Made by a program: the position numbers and the translations under genes. From Lewinellaceae bacterium (GTDB taxonomy: Bacteria; Bacteroidota; Bacteroidia; Chitinophagales; Saprospiraceae), in assembly GCA_963838715.1 (NCBI GenBank), contig CAWISE010000009.1:611930-643929 (forward strand): a stretch of DNA of 32,000 nucleotides, written 5' to 3'. The notes under the pieces were generated by a model that was given only the letters and a program-made list of their open reading frames with translations, did no database searches and was not told the DNA's origin. Position 1 is the first letter of the stretch, and every line of letters begins with the position of its first letter. Positions 1-8,503 of the stretch are shown here, one piece after another.

Positions 1-1206
1 CGGCTGGGCAAACTGATGCGGCTGGTGCCGCAACCGGCCATCCTCGGGTTCGTGAACGGACTGGCCATCATCATCTTCATGTCGCAGTTCGACCAGTTCA
101 AGAACCCCGATACCGGCGCGTGGCTGACGGGGACGGACTTGTTCTACTTCGGTGGGATGGTCCTGCTGACGATGGTCATCATCTGGGGGCTACCGAGGAT
201 CACCAAGGCGGTTCCCAGTTCGCTGGCGGCGATCCTGACGATCTGGGGGATCGTGGCGTTCATGGGCCTGGACACGATCACCGTCGGTGACCTGGCGAGC
301 ATCGAGGGAACGTTTCCCCCCTTCCACATTCCGGAAGTTCCCCTGACGTTCGAGATGCTGACCATCATACTGCCCTACTCCCTGATCGTGGCGGCCGTTG
401 GACTGATCGAGAGTCTGCTTACGCTGAACATCATCGACGAGATCACCGAAACGCGGGGGCGCGGAAACAAGGAGGCCGTTGCCCAGGGAGCGGCCAACGT
501 CCTTTCCGGCTTCTTCTCCGGCATGGGGGGTTGCGCGATGCTGGGGCAGAGCCTGATCAACATCAGCGCCGGAGCGCGGGCGCGCCTCTCCGGCATCGTG
601 GCGGCCGTGATGCTGCTGATCTTCATCATGTTCGGCTCCAGCCTCATCGAGCTGGTCCCGATGGCGGCCCTGACCGGACTGATGATCATGGTGGCGGTGG
701 GCACCTTCGAGTGGGCCAGCCTGCGCACCTTCGGTCGGATGCCCAAGTCGGACATCCTGGTGATGGTACTGGTGACACTGGTCACGATCTTCCTGCACAA
801 CCTGGCCCTGGCCGTGATCGTCGGTGTCATCATCTCCGCCCTGCGGTTCGCCTGGGAGAGTGCCAAGCGCATCCGGGCCCGCAAGCGGATCGACGAGAAC
901 GGCGTGAAGCACTACGAGATCTACGGACCGCTCTTCTTCGGCTCCACCCAGATCTTCGCGGAGAAATTCGACGTTCTGAACGACCCCGACGAGATCGTGA
1001 TCGATTTCTACGAAAGCCGGATCGTGGACATGTCCGCCATCGAGGCCCTCAACCGGCTCACGGAACGCTACCAGAAACTGGGTAAGACCGTTCGCCTCAA
1101 ACACCTCAGCCCGGACTGCCGCGCCCGGTTGGACAAGGCTACGAGCATCATCGAAGTGAACGTGGACGAGGACCCTAAATACAAGGTGGTCGCGGACGCG
1201 GTATAA
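1..1206 (+). CDS. SulP-family inorganic anion permease, C-terminal part with STAS domain. The 5' end lies outside the window.
   Basis: Frame 1 is open from nt 1 (RLGKL precedes the first Met at 16). Hydrophobic multi-pass segments (GFVNGLAIIIFMSQF, SGIVAAVMLLIFIMFG) are followed by a STAS-like tail (YEIYGPLFFGSTQIFAEKF...IDFYESRIVDMSAIEALNRL). Family call is from recalled SulP/STAS features. Confidence 0.85.
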   Translation, partial: RLGKLMRLVPQPAILGFVNGLAIIIFMSQFDQFKNPDTGAWLTGTDLFYFGGMVLLTMVIIWGLPRITKAVPSSLAAILTIWGIVAFMGLDTITVGDLASIEGTFPPFHIPEVPLTFEMLTIILPYSLIVAAVGLIESLLTLNIIDEITETRGRGNKEAVAQGAANVLSGFFSGMGGCAMLGQSLINISAGARARLSGIVAAVMLLIFIMFGSSLIELVPMAALTGLMIMVAVGTFEWASLRTFGRMPKSDILVMVLVTLVTIFLHNLALAVIVGVIISALRFAWESAKRIRARKRIDENGVKHYEIYGPLFFGSTQIFAEKFDVLNDPDEIVIDFYESRIVDMSAIEALNRLTERYQKLGKTVRLKHLSPDCRARLDKATSIIEVNVDEDPKYKVVADAV

Positions 1207-1215
1207 GTAGATTTT

Positions 1216-1231
1216 GCACCTGCGCTCCGCC
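1216..1231 (+). repeat. Copy a of the dispersed intergenic 16-mer (GCACCTGCGCTCCGCC, 14/16 to the copy at 26655)
   Basis: Read directly. It lies 10 nt after the SulP stop and is preceded by an AT-rich stretch (GTAGATTTT). Confidence 0.7.
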
Positions 1232-1247
1232 GCCCGGTACACAAGAA

Positions 1248-1279
1248 GAAGCCCCTCACCATTGCTAGTGAGGGGCTTC
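1248..1279. terminator. Hairpin between convergent genes, likely a bidirectional intrinsic terminator
   Basis: Perfect 12-bp inverted repeat: GAAGCCCCTCAC (1248-1259), 8-nt loop, GTGAGGGGCTTC (1268-1279). On the minus strand it is followed by TTCTTGTGT. It sits between the SulP stop (1206) and the stop of the minus-strand ORF (1305). Confidence 0.6.
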
Positions 1280-1304
1280 ATATGTGTAGGGATGTACTTA
1301 GTCT

Positions 1305-1775
1305 TTAGTTCCGGCCGTTCGGTTTGGCCCGGCCCACGTCTTGTCCCTTCTTCCCGAAGAGGATACTGGTGCTTACGCCACTCTGCGTGGCTTGCGGGGC
1401 GGTCGCCTGGTTACGCACCCGGGGGCCGCTGGAAATAGTACCCCAGCGGTTGCCGGTCGTGGCACGGCTGGTGGAAGAACGACGGGCGGGGGTGGCTGCG
1501 GGACGGTTATTGTTACGGCCCTGGGGAGGACAGTAGTTGGGGTCATTGTTCCGGGTGTTCGTCCGGGTTTGCTGAGGGCGGCGGGTATTACGGTCGGCAG
1601 GGCGATTCGTGTTTGCCCGGGTACCGGTGTTCCGGTTGGCGGGCTGGTTAGCCGTGGCGCGGGGACGCTCCACCGTGGTGCCTCCGGTGGTAGCGACCTG
1701 GTCGAGCTGGGCGGAAACGGGCAGGGCCAGCAGCAGAACGAAGGCGGCAAGAAGGGTACGTAGGTAAGTAGGCAT
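1305..1775 (-). CDS. Hypothetical secreted, strongly basic Arg/Asn/Thr/Pro-rich low-complexity protein
   Basis: ATG start. The N-terminal signal peptide is MPTYLRTLLAAFVLLLALPVSAQ. The rest is low complexity (NRNTGTRANTNRPADRNTRRPQQTRTNTRNN). Codon choice fits this frame (AAC over AAT, ACC and GCC favoured). Three other long ORFs overlap this stretch on both strands, so the strand and frame choice is not certain. Confidence 0.5.
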   Translation of the reverse strand: MPTYLRTLLAAFVLLLALPVSAQLDQVATTGGTTVERPRATANQPANRNTGTRANTNRPADRNTRRPQQTRTNTRNNDPNYCPPQGRNNNRPAATPARRSSTSRATTGNRWGTISSGPRVRNQATAPQATQSGVSTSILFGKKGQDVGRAKPNGRN

Positions 1776-1883
1776 GATTTACTGGTTTTATTGTACTACC
1801 AAGAACGGGGTAAATACCCCTTTCGGACGACTCCTACCCCCGGTTTAACGGGGTTTTAGCAGCTTCCCCCCAAAGTGTTAAGG

Positions 1884-2387
1884 TTACTGATAGTCAATGG
1901 AAACCACCTTCAGCCGGCGCGTTTCCCCACCCAGTCGCAGTTCCGCGACCTCTCCCTCCCAGTGGCCGGCAACGGCGCGCGCCAAGGGAGAAATGAAAGC
2001 GATCTTACCCTGCTTCACGTCGGCTTCGTCGACACCGACGATCTGAAAGGTTTGTTTCTTTCCGGTCCCCTCATTGAGGAGGCCAACGGTGGCACCGAAA
2101 CGGATGGCTTCCCGGCTTTGCCCGGCCGGATCGATCACGTTGGCCGAGGCGATACGCTGGCTGAGGGCCGCCAGACGGGCATTGAGTACCACGAGGGCAC
2201 GACGCTGCTCATCCTCATTCTCCAGATCCAGGGCAGCCTTTTCCGCTTCCAGCTCCACGGCTTCCCGTTTGAGGGCGGCAAGGCCCGCGGGGGTGACGTA
2301 ATTGGTTACCCCGGCGGGCAGCACGGCGCGCGGGGGAATGAAGGGAGCGGGTTCCTGGTCGCTTTCTCGGACGAAGCCTCGGGACAT
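1884..2387 (-). CDS. GreA/GreB-family transcription elongation factor-like protein
   Basis: The ATG at 2387 (MSRGFVRES) is preferred over the upstream GTG at 2441. A coiled-coil-like segment (AALKREAVELEAEKAALDLENEDEQRRAL) is followed by a GreA C-terminal-like domain (IRFGATVGLL...FQIVGVDEADVKQGKIAFISPLARAVAGH). Confidence 0.75.
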   Translation of the reverse strand: MSRGFVRESDQEPAPFIPPRAVLPAGVTNYVTPAGLAALKREAVELEAEKAALDLENEDEQRRALVVLNARLAALSQRIASANVIDPAGQSREAIRFGATVGLLNEGTGKKQTFQIVGVDEADVKQGKIAFISPLARAVAGHWEGEVAELRLGGETRRLKVVSIDYQ

Positions 2388-2450
2388 AACGGTGAACTTT
2401 AACTGACTAACGCAACCGGTACCGTTGCAGTTTTCCGACACCGGTTCCCC

Positions 2451-3437
2451 CTACCAGCGCTGGTGGACCAGCGGACGGACGTGCGCACCGTAGACCGCAT
2501 CCACCCGCTTGCGCTGATCTTCGGTGAGGGGAGGAGCGGCGGAGGCGGAGATATTGCTGTACAAATGATCGGGGCGGGAAGCACCGGGGATGATGCAACT
2601 CACCTCGGGATGGTCCAGAATGTAGCGCAGGGCCACCGGGGCCAGGTTGGTCGCTTCCGGGAATATGGCCTTCAGTTCGTCCACGGCATCCAGCCCCGTT
2701 TCGTAGTCGACGCCGGAGAAAGTTTCCCCGCGGTCGAAGGCCGCGCCATCGCGGTTAAAACTGCGGTGATCCCCGGGGCCGAACGTGGTGTCCCGGGAAT
2801 ACTTGCCGGTCAGTAGTCCGCTCGCCAGGGGAACGCGAACGATGATCCCCACTTTCCGGGCGGCAGCTTGCGCGAAGAGGCGTTCGGCGGGCCGCTGCCG
2901 GAACATATTGAAGATGAGTTGGACGGTGGCAACGTTGTCGAATTCGATGGCCTTCACCGCTTCCTCCACCTTTTCCACGCTCACGCCCAGGTGGGCGATC
3001 TTTCCTTCTTCCTTCAGCCTCTCAAAGAGGCCGAAAATCTCCGGGCGGTAGTACACTTCGGTGGGCGGGCAGTGCAGCTGGATCAGGTCCAGCCGCTCCA
3101 GGCCGGTGCGGCGCAGACTGTCCTCCACGTAACCGCGCAGGGCCGCTTCGGTATAACCGGCATCGACGTGCGGATCGATCTGGCGGCCGCACTTGGTAGC
3201 AACGAAAATGCGTTCGGAGCGGCTGCGCACTACCCTGCCGACGGCCGTTTCGCTCCGTCCGTCGTCGTAGACGTCGGCCGTATCGATAAAATTGACGCCG
3301 GCGTCGATGGCCTCGTTGAGGATGCGATCGGCGGCGGCGTCATCGAAGGGGCCGTCCCAGCCACCGCCGACCTGCCAGGTGCCGAGGGAGATTTCCGAGA
3401 TGGAGAAGCCGGTTTTGCCGAGGGTACGATACTTCAT
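2451..3437 (-). CDS. Aldo/keto reductase family oxidoreductase
   Basis: The ATG at 3437 gives MKYRTLGKTGFSISEISLGTWQVGGGW. Other AKR hallmarks are NFIDTADVYDDGRSE and LDLIQLHCP. The track start at 3446 is a TTG three codons upstream. Confidence 0.9.
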   Translation of the reverse strand: MKYRTLGKTGFSISEISLGTWQVGGGWDGPFDDAAADRILNEAIDAGVNFIDTADVYDDGRSETAVGRVVRSRSERIFVATKCGRQIDPHVDAGYTEAALRGYVEDSLRRTGLERLDLIQLHCPPTEVYYRPEIFGLFERLKEEGKIAHLGVSVEKVEEAVKAIEFDNVATVQLIFNMFRQRPAERLFAQAAARKVGIIVRVPLASGLLTGKYSRDTTFGPGDHRSFNRDGAAFDRGETFSGVDYETGLDAVDELKAIFPEATNLAPVALRYILDHPEVSCIIPGASRPDHLYSNISASAAPPLTEDQRKRVDAVYGAHVRPLVHQRW

Positions 3438-3462
3438 GGAAAACAATTTGAGCTTGTTTCGC

Positions 3463-3478
3463 GACGGCGCGCAGGTGC
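3463..3478 (-). repeat. Copy b of the dispersed 16-mer (minus strand reads GCACCTGCGCGCCGTC, identical to the copy at 26655)
   Basis: Plus strand reads GACGGCGCGCAGGTGC. It lies between the stop of the PEP-binding gene (3527) and the AKR start (3437), in the sense orientation of both genes. Confidence 0.8.
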
Positions 3479-3526
3479 TGAATTTTTTGAATGCCTTGGT
3501 CGGTTACCGCGGGGGGTAGACGTTCG

Positions 3527-6025
3527 TTACCGATGAATGAACCGGTTCGCTACTACCACCTTCCCGTCCGCGTTCAAACCGGCAACGAGGTAGCCGGCGG
3601 CGGGTAACCGGTCCAGTGAGAATCGCACTACCGGAAACGCCTCTCCATCCGGAACGGACAGGGAACGGTATGGCCGGCCCAGTACGTCCATCACTACGAG
3701 GCGGGTAATATCCCCGCGAATCGGAGAAACGAAGAGGAACTCGGGGGCTGGGTTAGGATAGATGAACAAGCTTTTGGAAACGATATCCGGATGCTGTTCC
3801 GGTACCACCGGCGCGAAGGACACCCAGGGGCGCGCCTGCTTAACGATCAGCCGGTCATCGACCGTAATCTTGTACTCGATGTCCATGGCAAAGCTGGGGT
3901 CGTCCACCACGTCGTAGAGGCGGGCGAACTCATCGTGAATGACGGACATATACTCCCGCATTGCTTCCAGATAGACCGCACCGATCACCCGTTCCTCCCG
4001 CCCGGTCAGGCTGGATCGTTGTACCAGGATGTGTCCGTTCCGCTGTCCGGGCTGGCGCTCCAGCAGGATCTCCTCGGGTACCAGTGCCCCTTCCGGATTG
4101 GTGATCAGGTCTTCCCCGACCTGAGAATTGAGATAGAAGGTGCCCTCGGTACCGTAGAGCGGATCGAGGCTCACCCCTACCCCGTTGGCCTTCTCCTCCT
4201 CGTAATTCGGGTGACAGAGTACGCCCATGGAGGCCACGAAGTGATCGATGCGGTAATAGTCCCGCTCCTCGAAGGCCCGCAGGTTCCAGAGACTGGCGTA
4301 CACCTGTTTGATGGATTTGGAGACGTGCCCCTCGTCCGGATGCTGGGTTTTGGAGTCGTAGAGACCGGCACCGTTGAATCCGGGTAAGTCTTCGTTATTG
4401 GTACTGGACCGGCAGCGGATGGGTTGGGTAGCGGGAAATCCGGCCTGCATGTGGCTAGTTCCCGTAGCATCCAGTCCGGCATTTCGGCGTCTTCAATCCG
4501 GCGACGGAAATCTTTGAGGCGATCCTTACGTACTTCGCGGTCGGCGATGAAATTCCGGGTCCGTGATCATGGCGCGGGCCTCTTCGAAGAAGCCATTGAA
4601 TTTCATGAACTCCTGATAGAAGTAGAACGGCACCCCGAACCCCTCCGGCGTAGTGCCCTCGGGAAATCCGAAGGTGAGTAGCGTGGCGACATTGGCGCAC
4701 TTGGCCCCAAAGGCATCGGACATCCCGAACTCGACGTCCGTCAGCGGAAGGATCTCCCGAAAATCGAGGTTCAGCGGTGGTAGCTGGGTTTCGGTCGGGC
4801 GGGCGTCGTCGAACCAGTTATTGACCTCCTCCAGGGTGGCGGCCCGGAGGACGAAACCGTCCCGGTCCACCCGGTAATAGACGGGGCGGTCCAGCAGATC
4901 GGCGATGGAATCGATCCCCAACGGATTGCGGACGAAAGCATTCGGCAGGTCGTTCTGTAGTGCCCGCACATTGACGTGGGAGAGCGGTGTCTGAATAACC
5001 GAAGTCATTATACCCGCCACCCGGGGTAGGTCGTTGGGCAGGGCGTCGTAGAGTACGATGTCCCGGGGGCCGGGGAGTTCGTCCAAACCTACTTCGCGAA
5101 AAATACCGTACCCCTCGGTGAGGTTCAGTCCCCAGTAGTCCAGCTCCCCGAAGACGTCCTCCTCAAAAATCAGGGAGACCCGGGAATCCTCGTAAAGGGC
5201 CAGGTCGCGCTCGTACTCGTCCTGGCTTTCGGCGGTGATGAAGTAGGCCAGGTTGTTCTCGATGAAGGGAATATTGGCCGCCAGCAATTCGTGGGTGCGT
5301 TGAACGACCTCGAAGTCGTCTCCCCGTCCGTTACTGAAGTTAAAGGTAAAGGTGCCCAGCTCCCCGTTATCGGCCACGCTGGCGGGGTGGAAGATCACCT
5401 GTCCTCGTTTGACTTGTTCCCCCAGGTGGTCTTCCCTAATGGCTGCGGCAAAGTCAGCATGTAGGTCGTAGCGTTCACTATTGATGAACCAGAGTTTCGG
5501 CCGCTCGGTGAGGAAGTCGGTGATGATGAATTTCACGTGCCCCCGCCCGTTCAGGAATTCCGACCAGGGAATACGGTCCCGGCTAATGGACATTCGCTGG
5601 AATGTGGAAAAGTTATCGAGGGCTACGGTACCGTCGGCGAAATCAATGGGTGTCGCGAAATTCAGGGGGCTGCGCGTCGGCAGATCGGCCTGTTCGGTCA
5701 GGTCGTCCGTCCCGTCCGCGTCGATATCTCCCGGATCGGCATTTGGAAGCCGGAGGACACGATAGTGGGCCGTCGGAAAGGCAGCAAGGCGTTCGGTCAG
5801 CAACAGGTTCCCCGACCGGCCGGGGGTCAGACTAACCGTGGTGTACCTTTCTCCCTCCGACTCCTGACGGACCTGCAGGAGGTAGTAATGGTCGGCATCG
5901 GCATTTACCTCCAGTACCGCCCGGCCATCGGGGCCTACGGTAAAGTTCCGGACGGGAACGGATTGCGCCCATCCGGAGGATAGGTGAACGAGCAAAAAAA
6001 ACGGGGTAAACAGGAGTCGGTACAT
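3527..6025 (-). pseudogene. T9SS-targeted PEP/pyruvate-binding (PPDK_N ATP-grasp) protein, interrupted by two compensating frameshifts (or two sequence errors)
   Basis: ORFs 4526..6028 and 3527..4450 are in the same frame (6028-4450 = 1578 = 3x526). They are separated by two in-frame stops (TAA 4526-4528, TGA 4493-4495). The ATP-grasp is split across them: FGAKCANVATLL ends the first ORF, and IRCRSSTNNEDLPGFNGAGLYDS starts the second. The intervening stretch reads as good protein in another frame (IADREVRKDRLKDFRRRIEDAEMPDWMLRELAT). The ATG at 6025 gives signal peptide MYRLLFTPFFLLVHLSSGWAQ. The C-terminus (FIYPNPAPEF...GYLVAGLNADGKVVVANRFIHR) looks like a type A T9SS sorting domain. Confidence 0.7.
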
Positions 6026-6081
6026 CACCCCGTAAAGTTAAGTCTATTAAACTATGCTTTTTTTTCACCCCCGGCGAAGGA

Positions 6082-8430
6082 TTGACGACAAAAGCTGGTC
6101 CATACCGTACACCAAACAAAATCTACCCATTGAAACACACTTTACTCCTTCTGCTTATCGCCGCTTCCCTTATCGTTCGCGGCCAGGAATTTTACGACCT
6201 GAACACCATTCAGGAAATCGAGATCAACTTTGCCGCCGGCAACTGGGATGCCTTGCTCGATCAGGCTTATGCCACCACCGGTGACTACATCCTCGCCGAG
6301 AGCGTGACCCTCAACGGGGTAACGTTCGACAGCGTCGGCGTGAAGTACAAGGGCAACAGCACCTACCAGGCCAATCAGACCAAGAACCCTTTCCACATCG
6401 AACTGGACACCTACAAAGACCACGAATACGATGGCTTTACGGACATCAAACTGAGCAACGTAGCGAAGGACCCCTCCTTTGTCCGGGAGGTACTTTCCTA
6501 CCAGATCCTGCGGCAGTACATGGACGCACCGCTGGCGAACTACGCCACCGTAACCGTAAATGGCACCCCGATCGGACTGTACAGTAACGTAGAGTCCGTT
6601 TCCCGGAAATTTGTCGATAAGCACTACGGGTCCAAGGACAACACCCGCGTGAAGTGCAGCCCGCCGGAGGGTGCCGGCCCCCAGAGTTCCGACTTTCCAA
6701 ACCTCGTATACCTCGGGGAAGACAGCACCGCTTACTACGACAGCTACGAGCTGCAATCCGACGAAGGCTGGGCGGAGCTGATCGACCTCTGCGACACCCT
6801 GGCCAACCAGGTGGACGCCATCGAGGACATCCTGGACGTTGACCGCGCCCTCTGGATGCTGGCCTTCGATAACGTACTCGTCAACCTCGACAGCTACCTC
6901 GGCAGTTTCTCCCAGAACTACTACCTCTACCGTGACGACTACCGCCGCTTTTTGCCGACCGTCTGGGACCTCAATGAATCCTTCGGGGTCTTCAGCGATG
7001 CCGGTACCATCCGTTTCAACTCGACGGCCGACAAGGCCCGGATGGACCCGCTGCTGCACCTCAACGATGCCGAGTATCCGCTGGTAAGTCAACTGCTCTC
7101 CGTACCCAGTTACCGCCGCCGTTACCTCGCCCACGTAAAGACCATGCTAGAGGAGGCTTTTGCGAGCGGGGAATACGAGGACACCGGAATGGCCCTGATG
7201 GCCACCATCGATGCCGCCGTTCAGGCCGACGACAATAAGTTCTTCACCTACAATAACTTCCTGGACAACCTGACCCAGGACGTTACCAGTGGTGGCGGCC
7301 CCGGCGGCCCCCGCGGCAGTACGCCCGGTATTACGTCCCTCATGGACACCCGCGTGGATTACCTGCTTAGCCAGGCGGTATTTACCGCTACGGAGCCTAC
7401 GATCACTGACGTAGCGGTGAACGGCCCCGACGCCATCCTCGGTGCTACCCAGACCATCACGGCTACCATTACGGATGCGCTCAGCGCCGAGTTGCGTTAC
7501 CGAACCGCCGATGGCGCCCCCTTTCGGGCCATCGAGTTACTCGACGATGGAAACCACGGAGACGGAGCCGCGGGAGACGGTGTGTACGGAGCCAGCATTA
7601 CCCTGACCGCAACCCTGACGGAGTACTACCTCTACGCCGAGAATGATGACATCGGCAAGTTTTCTCCCCAGCGGGCGGAGCATGAGTTCTACGAGCTCAC
7701 CGCCACCAACGTGAGTGCGCTGATCGGCGAGCTGGTCATCAATGAGTTCATGGCCTCCAACGATACGACCGCCGCCGATCAGGACGGCGACTTCGACGAC
7801 TGGGTGGAACTGTACAACACCACCGACGAAGCCATCTCCCTCGACGGATTTTACCTGTCCGACAATACCGAGAACCCGACCAAGTGGGCCTTCCCCGACG
7901 GTTTCTCCGTACCGGCCAACGGATACCTAATCGTCTGGGCCGACGACGACGAGGACCAGGAAGGACTGCACGCCACCTTCAAGCTGTCGGCGGGAGAGGA
8001 GTCCGTCGTTCTGGCGGACGCCAACGGGGCAATTATCGACTCCATCAGCTACGTAGACCAGGAAACTGACGTTTCCTTCGGCCGCTTCCCGAACGGAACG
8101 GGCGACTTCCAGATCATGACCCCGACCTTCAACGCACAGAATACCGACGGTACGACGAGTACCCGTTACCAAGCCCTGACCGGGGTGGAACTGACCATAT
8201 TTCCGAACCCGACCAAGGGTGCCTTCAAAATACGGCTGGAGCAGGAATACGCCAATGACCTGCGACTACGGCTATTTGCTTCCGACGGCCGTTTGCTCCG
8301 GCGGCATACGCTGTCAGCGGGTTCTACCAGCCTGACCTTCGAGACGGCGGACCTGCCCTCCGGGCTCTACTTCCTGGCGATCATGGACGGGTTGTCGACC
8401 GAGACGAAGCGGGTAATGATCCGACGGTAA
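6082..8430 (+). CDS. CotH kinase family protein with lamin-tail domain (LTD) and type A T9SS C-terminal sorting domain
   Basis: CotH-like core: [63 protein letters not shown]-like segment: [10 protein letters not shown]...[22 protein letters not shown]...[11 protein letters not shown]-terminal sorting domain: [17 protein letters not shown]...[10 protein letters not shown]...KRVMIRR. The frame has no ATG near the 5' end. The candidate starts are TTG 6082 (track) and TTG 6130. TTG 6130 gives a textbook signal peptide, [19 protein letters not shown]. Confidence 0.85.
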   Translation: MTTKAGPYRTPNKIYPLKHTLLLLLIAASLIVRGQEFYDLNTIQEIEINFAAGNWDALLDQAYATTGDYILAESVTLNGVTFDSVGVKYKGNSTYQANQTKNPFHIELDTYKDHEYDGFTDIKLSNVAKDPSFVREVLSYQILRQYMDAPLANYATVTVNGTPIGLYSNVESVSRKFVDKHYGSKDNTRVKCSPPEGAGPQSSDFPNLVYLGEDSTAYYDSYELQSDEGWAELIDLCDTLANQVDAIEDILDVDRALWMLAFDNVLVNLDSYLGSFSQNYYLYRDDYRRFLPTVWDLNESFGVFSDAGTIRFNSTADKARMDPLLHLNDAEYPLVSQLLSVPSYRRRYLAHVKTMLEEAFASGEYEDTGMALMATIDAAVQADDNKFFTYNNFLDNLTQDVTSGGGPGGPRGSTPGITSLMDTRVDYLLSQAVFTATEPTITDVAVNGPDAILGATQTITATITDALSAELRYRTADGAPFRAIELLDDGNHGDGAAGDGVYGASITLTATLTEYYLYAENDDIGKFSPQRAEHEFYELTATNVSALIGELVINEFMASNDTTAADQDGDFDDWVELYNTTDEAISLDGFYLSDNTENPTKWAFPDGFSVPANGYLIVWADDDEDQEGLHATFKLSAGEESVVLADANGAIIDSISYVDQETDVSFGRFPNGTGDFQIMTPTFNAQNTDGTTSTRYQALTGVELTIFPNPTKGAFKIRLEQEYANDLRLRLFASDGRLLRRHTLSAGSTSLTFETADLPSGLYFLAIMDGLSTETKRVMIRR

Positions 8431-8435
8431 GCGGG

Positions 8436-8479
8436 CGACGGGGCGCAGGTGCAATTATTTCTGCACCTGCGCCCCGTCG
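8436..8479. terminator. Perfect 18-bp GC-rich hairpin between convergent CotH and gltD, built from two inverted copies (c: 8437-8452, d: 8463-8478) of the dispersed 16-mer
   Basis: CGACGGGGCGCAGGTGCA (8436-8453), loop ATTATTTC, TGCACCTGCGCCCCGTCG (8462-8479). The plus strand continues CTTATCTATTT. It starts 6 nt after the CotH stop and ends 25 nt before the gltD stop. Confidence 0.7.
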
Positions 8480-8503
8480 GCTTATCTATTTAAAAAACGG
8501 CCG

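Noticed and set aside
190-1281. A 363-aa minus-strand ORF antisense to the SulP gene. Similar antisense ORFs are 6142..7134, 9311..10078, 15982..17067, 19227..20420, 24715..25737 and 30438..31442.
   Set aside because: Each lies fully inside a well-supported gene on the other strand. Their compositions are Arg/Gly/His/Asp-rich and featureless. They are artefacts of GC-rich codon bias.
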